64,000 bases of DNA from Minisyncoccota bacterium (GTDB lineage Bacteria; Patescibacteriota; Minisyncoccia; Moranbacterales; UBA1568). The position numbers were made by a program, and so were the translations under genes. Positions 56,422 to 64,000 of the stretch are shown here, piece after piece (positions within the stretch are counted from its first letter, which is position 1; every line of letters begins with the position of its first letter). The stretch is from contig JBPPMJ010000002.1 in assembly GCA_051306005.1 (NCBI GenBank), positions 437 to 64,436 of the forward strand, written 5' to 3'. The notes beneath the pieces were generated by a model. The model saw only the letters and a list, made by a program, of their open reading frames with translations, ran no database searches and was not told the DNA's origin.

Positions 56422-57879
56422 TTATACTAATGAAGCGTCAATCGCCACTTCATTTGAAACGTCACGCCGAGAGAAAAGACTGGCTAACTCATCAGCACTG
56501 ACAGCCCGTGAAATCCATAAGAAAGAAATATATACCCCAACACTCACACTACCAGCCAGAAAAAAAGAAACGGGGGCAAGTAAAAAGAGTATTCCAGACA
56601 TTAAACATCCCGCAAAAAGAATTTTCTCAAGGTGTTTGAATGATGGTTTGTATCCGACATATTTATACGCCAAAAAACTCGTCAACATAACCACAAGCAT
56701 TTCTGTGGCGACAGATGTACTCGCCGCGCCGATATAAGAATAACGCGGGATGAGCACTATATTAAAACTAATATTCAACACCGCAACTATGATTAATAGT
56801 TGCATCAATTTGGCTTGAACATTGCCCACCACCAAAAGCATGGTAAAGAATTGCCCAAAAAAAATACACCCCAAAGCAAAGACTAAGATACGTAACACTA
56901 CTACGGATTCTGAAAAACTATCTCCACTGACAAACCTGATAATATCAGGAGCTAAAAAATATGTTCCCGCCACGAGAGGCACAATAATTATACAAAAAAC
57001 CTTGAAGGTCTTATCGGCAATTTCCTGAAATTGTGTCCGGTCACTAAATATATAGCGAGAAAGGAGGGGAAGAATGAGCCCTACAAGCATGGCAGGGAAA
57101 AAAATCAGGTTTTCCATCACTTTATACGCAACATTGTAAATACCGACATGAGCGCTTGACTGAAACATAGAAAGTATAATCGTATCCATCTTAAAATAGG
57201 TAAAAGTAATGATGGCCGTCGCTCCCATAGGAAGTGACTCACGTAAGAATTCCTTCCAAAATGAAACATTGATTTGCGGAGTAAATGTGACATAACGTCG
57301 GCTGAAAAAAAATACTGTCGTGGCATTAAAACAAAGAGAGACGAGAAAAGTGGTAACGATCGCCAAAAAACCAAGATCAAAGTGGACCACAAGCATAACT
57401 GCCAGCACCTGCAATAATTTGCCACAAAATTCAATCAGTGCCACCTTGTCCATAGCAAGGCGTTTCTGAAAAATACCATTCAAAAAGAGTGAAAGGGTAG
57501 AAAAAATAACTGCTCCAGACGCAATAATAATACCAATTTTCACATCATTGGGGTAATGAAAAAGGATGACAAATAAGGGGGCAATCAGAAAAAGAGTACA
57601 GGAAGATACTAGGCGTAAAGAAAGTACTTTACTCAGAATACCTGCCTCATCCGCTCCTGCGCGAGAAATTTCTCGTGCAGTCACTGAACTTAATCCTAGA
57701 TCGGCTACCGATGAAAAAAGTGCAAAAAAAGCAAGAATAGTTGAATATGCTCCAAACCCCTCTTGACCTAAATAACCGGTAATTAACCGAATAGAAAGTA
57801 GGGAAAGCACCACTGTTGAAAACACCTTCAAAAAAGAATTGAAGATGACATTATAAGCGATTTTACGAGCGAGGGCCAT
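56422..57879 (-). CDS. Polysaccharide biosynthesis protein / oligosaccharide flippase (Wzx-like, MOP superfamily)
   Basis: 485 aa, 12-14 TM, typical Wzx N-terminus (NSFLKVFSTVVLSLLSIRLITGYLGQEGFGAY). Confidence 0.65.
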   Translation of the reverse strand: MALARKIAYNVIFNSFLKVFSTVVLSLLSIRLITGYLGQEGFGAYSTILAFFALFSSVADLGLSSVTAREISRAGADEAGILSKVLSLRLVSSCTLFLIAPLFVILFHYPNDVKIGIIIASGAVIFSTLSLFLNGIFQKRLAMDKVALIEFCGKLLQVLAVMLVVHFDLGFLAIVTTFLVSLCFNATTVFFFSRRYVTFTPQINVSFWKEFLRESLPMGATAIITFTYFKMDTIILSMFQSSAHVGIYNVAYKVMENLIFFPAMLVGLILPLLSRYIFSDRTQFQEIADKTFKVFCIIIVPLVAGTYFLAPDIIRFVSGDSFSESVVVLRILVFALGCIFFGQFFTMLLVVGNVQAKLMQLLIIVAVLNISFNIVLIPRYSYIGAASTSVATEMLVVMLTSFLAYKYVGYKPSFKHLEKILFAGCLMSGILFLLAPVSFFLAGSVSVGVYISFLWISRAVSADELASLFSRRDVSNEVAIDASLV

Positions 57880-57907
57880 TATCGTAACCTGTTGTTAAAA
57901 AAATCTG

Positions 57908-58402
57908 TCACTCTCCTTCGCTATCTATTGATGTTCGTAAACATACCCTTATTTTTCGTTCTAAACCTTGACCAATACTTTCTGTCATCACCTCTGGGTG
58001 TGTTGTAAGGTATGTGTGTATGATTTTACGTTCATAAGCAGGCATGGGACGGAACATGACAGCAACCTTTTCACGCAATACCTGTGAAACTACCTGTTCC
58101 GCTTCTTGTTCCAAAAACAACTTTTTTTGCAAAAAATAACCATTGATATCTACTATGATATTCAAACGCTTACCTGTTTGTTGTCGTGTCAAGACACGGA
58201 CAATATGTTGTATGGCTGATAAATTGACACCTTGCTGACCAATGAGAAAATTTTGATCCTGTGCTACTTGTACGGTACAAAAAATATCATCTGGGCGCCC
58301 TTCCGGAGAAGTTACATCAACTGCTCCCTGAAAACCCATTTTCTCCAAAAGAGAAGCAAGGATATTTTTCACAGTTTCTTGATCTATTTTTTCTGGAATC
58401 AT
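57908..58402 (-). CDS. Jag/KhpB RNA-binding protein (KH + R3H domains)
   Basis: A KH-like GQQGVNLSAIQHIV and the R3H ERKIIHTYLTTHPEV. Sits downstream of yidC, as is usual. Start trimmed to the internal Met. Confidence 0.7.
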   Translation of the reverse strand: MIPEKIDQETVKNILASLLEKMGFQGAVDVTSPEGRPDDIFCTVQVAQDQNFLIGQQGVNLSAIQHIVRVLTRQQTGKRLNIIVDINGYFLQKKLFLEQEAEQVVSQVLREKVAVMFRPMPAYERKIIHTYLTTHPEVMTESIGQGLERKIRVCLRTSIDSEGE

Positions 58403-59124
58403 ACTGATGCTTTTGTACGAGACAATGTTATTTGTTGCGCAATCATAAAGAGTGTTGAGACAAGCCAATACAGTGAAAGGGCTGCTGGAAATGTGGCTCC
58501 GATAAAAAAGGTGAGTCCTGGACCGAGATAGAGCATCTGTTTGTTCATTATAGTCGCAAAATCAGGTTCTGTGGAGGATGTCTCTTGTTTTTTTGGTATA
58601 TTCTGAGAAAGCATTTTAATTTGGTAATATTGAGCGATAGCGGAAAGGATCGCAAAAACGTAATTCGGCTTTGTTAGATCCAAAAAATGCAGAAATATGT
58701 GATTGATAGCGCCTGGATTCTGAATAAAAGTATACAAATCGCTAGATTGAGCGATAAATCCAGCATGAGCAATATTGATAATCACCTGATAAATAGCTAT
58801 AAGAAAGAAAAGTTGAATAATGAGCGGAAGGCAACCAGCAAAAGGGTTCATTTTTTGTTCCTTATAAAAAGCCATCAAAGCCTTAGTTTGTTTTTCTTTA
58901 TCATTTTTATGCTTTTGTTGTAACGCTTTGATTTGTGGTTGCAGTATCTGCATTTTTTTCTGCGACTCAATTTGTTTTTTTGATAAAGGTAAGAGAAAAA
59001 ACTTCAATAAAATGGTGGTAATAATGATAGCGATGCCAAAATCATATCCCGGCACAATATTATAGAAAAAAATCAGCGTATTGTAGATCGGGCGATAAAT
59101 AAGAATGTCAAAAATATGGAGCAT
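58399..59124 (-). CDS. yidC: Membrane protein insertase YidC (short form)
   Basis: 241 aa. The block GCLPLIIQLFFLIAIYQ is typical of the YidC/Oxa1 core. Confidence 0.85.
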   Translation of the reverse strand: MLHIFDILIYRPIYNTLIFFYNIVPGYDFGIAIIITTILLKFFLLPLSKKQIESQKKMQILQPQIKALQQKHKNDKEKQTKALMAFYKEQKMNPFAGCLPLIIQLFFLIAIYQVIINIAHAGFIAQSSDLYTFIQNPGAINHIFLHFLDLTKPNYVFAILSAIAQYYQIKMLSQNIPKKQETSSTEPDFATIMNKQMLYLGPGLTFFIGATFPAALSLYWLVSTLFMIAQQITLSRTKASV

Positions 59125-59131
59125 ACTTTTA

Positions 59132-59470
59132 TTATTTTATTGCTTGTATTATATGGAACAATTTCCCAACAAGTTGTTGACTCTGCAAAAAATTTATTTT
59201 TTTTGGCTTATGTAAAATAAAAAAAATAATTTCTCCCGTCTGCGCATTCTTTTGAAGAGAAAGAGTTAATGCCTCAGAAAGCATTCTACGTAAACGATTT
59301 CTTTGTACAGCGGTCGGTACGAATTTTTTACTCAAAGAAAATCCTACTCGTAACGGCGATACACCAGAAAGATAACGACATCCTATCTCAGAAAAGAAAA
59401 AAGGCTTCCCTTTACGAAAAACTTTCTCAAAATCCTCTTTTTTTCGTAAACGAAGCTCTTTTTTTAACAT
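59132..59470 (-). CDS. rnpA: Ribonuclease P protein component
   Basis: LRLRKKEDFEKVFRKGK...SKKFVPTAVQRNRLRRML. Confidence 0.85.
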   Translation of the reverse strand: MLKKELRLRKKEDFEKVFRKGKPFFFSEIGCRYLSGVSPLRVGFSLSKKFVPTAVQRNRLRRMLSEALTLSLQKNAQTGEIIFFILHKPKKINFLQSQQLVGKLFHIIQAIK

Positions 59471-59477
59471 ACTTCTT

Positions 59478-59618
59478 TTAGACAGTGGTTAAATTGGTTC
59501 GCCCCTTACGTCGACGATTGAGTATAGCTTTTTTGCCTCCTACCGTACTCATACGTTCTAGAAAACCATGCCGACGGGCACGTTTACGTGTTTTTGGTTG
59601 ATATGTTTGCTTTGGCAT
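59478..59618 (-). CDS. rpmH: 50S ribosomal protein L34 (46 aa; below the ORF-track size cut-off)
   Basis: My own translation: [46 protein letters not shown]. This is canonical L34 and sits in the conserved rpmH-rnpA-yidC-jag order. Confidence 0.85.
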   Translation of the reverse strand: MPKQTYQPKTRKRARRHGFLERMSTVGGKKAILNRRRKGRTNLTTV

Positions 59619-59897
59619 AACATTATATAACAGTTAGATTTTAGGAACAAAATTGTCTTTTTAGTGTACCAGAATAAAGAAAAAAGTCAATTTTCAAGCA
59701 CCTTCTTTTTATTTGAGTCATATTTTTCTTTTCTTAAATCAGGGGTATATAAATACATATTTCCTCTATTTTATTGAATGAAAAGCTTTTTATAGAGACT
59801 TATGCACACATTATCCACAAAATCAACCATTTTTTCATAGGCTACATCTTTATCACATGATATACTGTGGATAATCTTTTCTTGATAGATACGAGTT
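59619..59897. promoter_or_regulatory. oriC part 1: rpmH-dnaA intergenic region with two perfect DnaA boxes
   Basis: TTATCCACA at 59811-59819, its reverse complement TGTGGATAA at 59867-59875, plus the near box ttatcacat at 59850. Confidence 0.6.
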
Positions 59898-61313
59898 ATG
59901 ACACATGAAGAGCTTTGGAAGGCTGTATTAGGTCAAATGGAACTTTCCATTTCAAAGGCAAATTTTATCACCTGGTTCAAAAATACCAGTATCTTAAGTA
60001 ATCAAGAAGGAATTATCACCATTGCTGTTCCAAATGGATTTGCTAAAGAGTGGCTTGAAAACAAGTATAATATTTATTTACTCCGTGCGCTGAAAAGTTT
60101 TGATCCTACTATTCAGTCCATTCGCTGTATTATTACCACGGAACAAGTCGCCCCTCCCGCGATTATTCCCTATACAGCGAGACATATTGATGCCGTCAAA
60201 CCCCCTGAACACACCGGATTTGTCCGAAAAAAACTGATTGAAAAACCATTTTTTACCGCAACAGCGCCATCAAATCCGGTTTTCCATGAGACAAATCTTA
60301 ATAATCGTTATACGTTTGATAACTTCATTGTCGCTGAAAATAATGAACTGGCGCGCGCGGCGTGTTATGCTGTGGCACAAAATCTTGGTTTGGTTTATAA
60401 TCCACTCTTTATTTACGGCGGGGTCGGTCTTGGTAAAACACACCTCTTGCAATCTATTGGAAATGAAGTTGTCAAAAATCACCCAGAAAAACGTATTAAA
60501 TACATTAATTCTGAACGTTTTACTACAGAACTCGTTGATTCTATTAAAAATCAAAAGATTGATGTTTTCAAAGAATATTATCAACAGATGGATCTTTTAA
60601 TAATAGATGATATTCAATTTCTTTCTGGACGCGAAAAAACACAAAATGAATTCTTTCATATTTTTAATGCGTTGTATCAACTTAACAAGCAAATTGTTAT
60701 CTCAAGTGATCGCCCGCCAAAAGCCATTCCCACACTCGAAGAACGGCTCAGATCACGTTTTGAAGGAGGAATGATTACTGATATCAGTCGCCCACATTTA
60801 GAAACAAGAATTGCTATCTTGGAGTCAAAGATAGCCGAGAGAGGTATCCATATAGACACTCCGGCACTACGTTTTATTGCTGAAAATATCACTCAGAATA
60901 TACGTGAATTAGAAGGTGCTCTCAACCGAGTGATTGCTTTTAGTGAATTTCATCGTGTTTCACCGACTTTGGAAAATACAGAAAAAATTCTCGCTCAATT
61001 GATTGAAAATAATAAAAAAGTGATTCAAGTAGATGATATTTTTCGTGTGATTAGTGAATATTATAATGTAACTAAAGAGGATTTGATAAAAAAAGGACGA
61101 AAAAAGGAGATATCTCATCCTCGTCAAGTTATGATGTTTCTCCTTCGTGATGAATTACAAATACCTTTCTCGACTATTGGTGATACTCTTGGAGGAAGAG
61201 ATCATACTACTGTTTTACATGCTTTTGAGAAAATAAATACACAAAAAGAAAGTACTCTTCGTTTAAAAGAAGAATTAGCTACACTGAAAGACCGTTTATA
61301 TTATCCAGTATAG
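59898..61313 (+). CDS. dnaA: Chromosomal replication initiator DnaA
   Basis: Walker A GGVGLGKTHL, the sensor and arginine-finger region, and the C-terminal DNA-binding domain (the TLKEIGDAFGG-type segment reads here as STIGDTLGGRDHTTVLHA). Confidence 0.95.
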   Translation: MTHEELWKAVLGQMELSISKANFITWFKNTSILSNQEGIITIAVPNGFAKEWLENKYNIYLLRALKSFDPTIQSIRCIITTEQVAPPAIIPYTARHIDAVKPPEHTGFVRKKLIEKPFFTATAPSNPVFHETNLNNRYTFDNFIVAENNELARAACYAVAQNLGLVYNPLFIYGGVGLGKTHLLQSIGNEVVKNHPEKRIKYINSERFTTELVDSIKNQKIDVFKEYYQQMDLLIIDDIQFLSGREKTQNEFFHIFNALYQLNKQIVISSDRPPKAIPTLEERLRSRFEGGMITDISRPHLETRIAILESKIAERGIHIDTPALRFIAENITQNIRELEGALNRVIAFSEFHRVSPTLENTEKILAQLIENNKKVIQVDDIFRVISEYYNVTKEDLIKKGRKKEISHPRQVMMFLLRDELQIPFSTIGDTLGGRDHTTVLHAFEKINTQKESTLRLKEELATLKDRLYYPV

Positions 61314-61575
61314 TGGATAATATTGTATAACTACCAATTTTCCGTGGAAAGAAGCCGTATAAATATATCCTCTTTTGTTGATAATTTTACCACTTTATTT
61401 TATAGTAAGTTTTATGCTCTAATTTATCCCTTAAAATATCTTTTTATTAGTGAGAAATGATAGAAAAAATGCTTTATTAAAAAGAAAATTTATAGTTATC
61501 CAGTTATCCACAGTCCTAAGTAATAATAATAGATTTTTTAAAAAATATTTTTATTAATTTTTATAGATAAATTTT
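61314..61575. promoter_or_regulatory. oriC part 2: dnaA-dnaN intergenic region with DnaA boxes and AT-rich putative DUE
   Basis: TTATCCACA at 61504-61512; near boxes TTATCCAGT (61301, 61496) and AGTGGATAA (61313); a ~55-nt run of about 90% AT at 61520-61575. Confidence 0.55.
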
Positions 61576-62730
61576 ATGCAACTTATTTGTACGCAAGAAA
61601 ATTTTAGTAAAGCACTTTCACATTTAGAAAGAGTTGTAGGAAAACAGATGACTCTTCCTATATTAAGTAATTTTCTTTTGGAAACAGAAAATGGGCGTTT
61701 AAAAATTTCTGCGACCAATTTGGAAATTGGTGTCATTGTTTATATAGGAGCAAAAATAAAAAAAGAAGGGAGAATTACTATCCCAGCTAAAGTATTAAGC
61801 AACTTTGTTTCCCAGCTTCCCTCTGGAGATGTCCTTTCTTTGGAGAGTGACGGTATTGGTTTGAAAGTGGAGAGTGCTGTCTATAAAATACGAATCAAGG
61901 GATTGGATGGAAAAGATTTTCCGCTTATTCCACAGTACGTTGATGATTACTTTTTTTCATTTCCGGCTCAGACTCTCAAAAATGCTCTTACAAGAGTTTT
62001 ATTTTGCGTTAGTCTTAATGATGCACGTTTAGAATTAACTGGAGCACATATATTCTTTTATAAAGATCAGATTCATTTGGCGGCTACGGATAGTTTTCGA
62101 TTAGCGGAAGAAATCATTCCTTTTACTGAATATGGGAGCGGATATAAGGATTTTTTGGAGAAAAATCCTTCACTTATTATTCCGAGAAATACGCTTTCAG
62201 AAATAATGCGGGTTATAAATCCGGAAAGTAGTGAGGTGAAAATCGCTTTACGGGACAATCAAATATTTTTTGAAATAGATGGAGTGCAAATCATTTCACG
62301 TATTATTAATGGAAAATATCCTGATTATAAGCAAATTATACCAAAAAGTTTTTCTTCTCATTTTATTTTGGAACGAGAAAGTTTTCAGCGGGCGATCAAA
62401 ATCGCGCATAATTTTTCTTCATACGCATCAGGTGAGATAACACTCTTTTTTGATGGAGAGAAGAAAGAATGTATCGTGTCGTCTGTTTCTCAAGAAATCG
62501 GTGAAAATAAAGCTATTCTTACTCTAGAACCACTTCAAGGAACAGGGATAGTAACGCTTTCTATAAATCCACGCTACATTTTGGATGGTATAAATGCTTT
62601 TGGAGGGGAAAAGATTGTTTTCTTGGTAAATGATGGGATAAGTCCCGTTGGTATTCGTCTCTATGATGAAAAAGAGGCTGAAAAAGAAGAAAAAAACTAT
62701 CTATATATTATCATGCCAATCCGCAAATAA
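61576..62730 (+). CDS. dnaN: DNA polymerase III beta sliding clamp
   Basis: 384 aa, three-domain clamp, MQLICTQENFSKALSHLERVVG typical N-terminus. Confidence 0.9.
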   Translation: MQLICTQENFSKALSHLERVVGKQMTLPILSNFLLETENGRLKISATNLEIGVIVYIGAKIKKEGRITIPAKVLSNFVSQLPSGDVLSLESDGIGLKVESAVYKIRIKGLDGKDFPLIPQYVDDYFFSFPAQTLKNALTRVLFCVSLNDARLELTGAHIFFYKDQIHLAATDSFRLAEEIIPFTEYGSGYKDFLEKNPSLIIPRNTLSEIMRVINPESSEVKIALRDNQIFFEIDGVQIISRIINGKYPDYKQIIPKSFSSHFILERESFQRAIKIAHNFSSYASGEITLFFDGEKKECIVSSVSQEIGENKAILTLEPLQGTGIVTLSINPRYILDGINAFGGEKIVFLVNDGISPVGIRLYDEKEAEKEEKNYLYIIMPIRK

Positions 62731-62732
62731 GT

Positions 62733-63017
62733 ATGCGTACACTCAAAGAGCTTCTTCCTCAAAAATCATTGTCTTTTCAGAGAGAAATTGATGAAAAAAC
62801 TGTTTTTTATATTGCCAAACGAGTTATGATAGAGGAATACGGTATCAGGGGCGGTGAAAGCATAATCCCAATCCTTTATAAAGACAAAGTACTTTTTTTG
62901 AGTCCGCAGAGCTCATTGTGGTCAAGTGAAATAGTTTTGCAAAAAAAATATCTCTGTCAAAAAATGAATCAGATGATAGGAATGGAAGTTATTCAAGAAA
63001 TAAAAATAGCCAGATAA
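62733..63017 (+). CDS. Small hypothetical protein (DUF721/DciA-like position after dnaN)
   Basis: 94 aa, immediately after dnaN. Family assignment by context only. Confidence 0.3.
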   Translation: MRTLKELLPQKSLSFQREIDEKTVFYIAKRVMIEEYGIRGGESIIPILYKDKVLFLSPQSSLWSSEIVLQKKYLCQKMNQMIGMEVIQEIKIAR

Positions 63018-63036
63018 AAAGTAGAAAAAATGTCTT

Positions 63037-64000
63037 TTAGTAATCAACTTTCACATCTTTCTTGTCAGTGGCTTTGTTTCCGTTTTTATCAATTACTTCT
63101 ACTTCCACAGTAAGAGTGTTGTGGTTTTTTTTGTCATCTGGAATAGAGTAGGAAGGAGAATAAGATTTTGATGAACTGGAGCCTATTTTGGAACCATCAA
63201 CCGAATAGGTAATCTCTTTGATACCATAGGGAGCATCGATATTTGCCCTAAGATTCAGCGAATTTCCATTTACACTTTCTGGAAGAGAGAGACTTACTTT
63301 TGGTTCAAAGTTATCGAAATCTGATTGGCGACATTCATCTTTTGGTGGCTCTCCAAGAACCACCCCTTTTTGTTTTTCATACCAATTCTGAACACCTTTC
63401 TCCCAATTTTTATATTGTGGGTCATTTTCAGGCTTTTCTGGTAGTGGTCCTCGCGGATCTTCACGATTGATATAATAGAGAATATCATGATCACTGATAA
63501 ATGTTTTTTTATCAGTATCCTTGTCACGACAATATTTATTCGCGAGACAATAGACATCTTTTTTATCTGGAATCTGACAGACTCGTATGTTTTCCTCCTG
63601 TTCAATTTTCCCCGCTAAAAGGGGTTTGTTAGTCTTTCCTTCTTCGTCTCCAATTTCATCTTCTGGATTGTATTTGGGAAATTCTTCAATAGCATAATTA
63701 GAAAGGGTTTTATCCATAAATGCGCGCCAAATTGGAGCAGCAACATTGATACCGTCTGCGCCTTCTACCATTGGAGAATTATCATTATTTCCAGCCCATA
63801 CGACTGTTACGAGAGATGGGGTGTACCCAATAGTCCATCCATCTCGGAATTCATTTGTCGTTCCAGTTTTGGCAGATACGGGACGATTATCGAAACGGAG
63901 TGGAGAATTATCGCCGAATACCCAGGCGCGATTTTCATTATTGGAAAGTATAGAATCAAGCATGGCAATATATTTCTCTTCTACGACGCGCTCTCCATTT
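63037..64000 (-). CDS. Penicillin-binding protein, C-terminal part of the transpeptidase domain plus tail; gene continues beyond the window end
   Basis: KTGTT (the KTG motif) followed by WAGNNDNS. The reading frame stays open to the last base of the window. Confidence 0.7.
   Translation of the reverse strand, partial: NGERVVEEKYIAMLDSILSNNENRAWVFGDNSPLRFDNRPVSAKTGTTNEFRDGWTIGYTPSLVTVVWAGNNDNSPMVEGADGINVAAPIWRAFMDKTLSNYAIEEFPKYNPEDEIGDEEGKTNKPLLAGKIEQEENIRVCQIPDKKDVYCLANKYCRDKDTDKKTFISDHDILYYINREDPRGPLPEKPENDPQYKNWEKGVQNWYEKQKGVVLGEPPKDECRQSDFDNFEPKVSLSLPESVNGNSLNLRANIDAPYGIKEITYSVDGSKIGSSSSKSYSPSYSIPDDKKNHNTLTVEVEVIDKNGNKATDKKDVKVDY

Overview
This 64 kb window looks like part of a small, low-GC (~38-40%) bacterial chromosome of the Patescibacteria/CPR type, but that lineage call is an inference. 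It rests on compact operons, many short hypothetical secreted proteins, a lysine-rich sigma-70 extension and a DGR-type reverse transcriptase. The window ends at the replication origin: rnpA-rpmH, a DnaA-box cluster, dnaA, a second box cluster with an AT-rich stretch, then dnaN. Core genes readable from the translations are ddl, rpoD, dnaG, pnp, rpsO, gyrA, rpsA, gmk, tilS, ftsH, rbfA, a DHH phosphoesterase, a family-4 UDG, rplS, a RluA-type pseudouridine synthase, a 2-Cys peroxiredoxin, an Fe/Mn-SOD-like protein, class I RNR (nrdAB), yidC, jag, and a PBP fragment at the right edge. There are 12 tRNA genes (Asn, Val-GAC, Ala, Arg, Leu-TAA, Cys, Gly, Met, Phe, Val-TAC, Leu-GAG), seven of them in one minus-strand cluster. 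Three regions stand out as accessory or unusual. (1) About 3.3-14.9 kb is bounded by diverged direct repeats, one of which carries the tRNA-Asn trailer and a 9-nt tRNA-Asn 3' remnant. Inside are a DUF2726 nuclease-like protein, NUDIX, a GC-rich truncated PhnB/VOC fragment, ddl plus a VanX-like dipeptidase, a Fic protein directly next to a small RT with the diagnostic DGR motif (GLPLGNLTSQ), and a GT4/kinase/radical-SAM-SPASM/epimerase glycan operon. I could not find a TR/VR pair by eye. (2) About 36.3-37.6 kb is an O-antigen-ligase-family ORF that stays open despite at least 12 in-frame copies of a perfect 18-20 bp palindrome (ATGTTCCACGTGGAACAT) and a 108-bp tandem duplication. (3) About 52-58 kb is a polysaccharide cluster with two more O-antigen-ligase paralogs, two GT2s and a flippase. 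There is also an unexplained 750-bp ORF-free gap upstream of dnaG.
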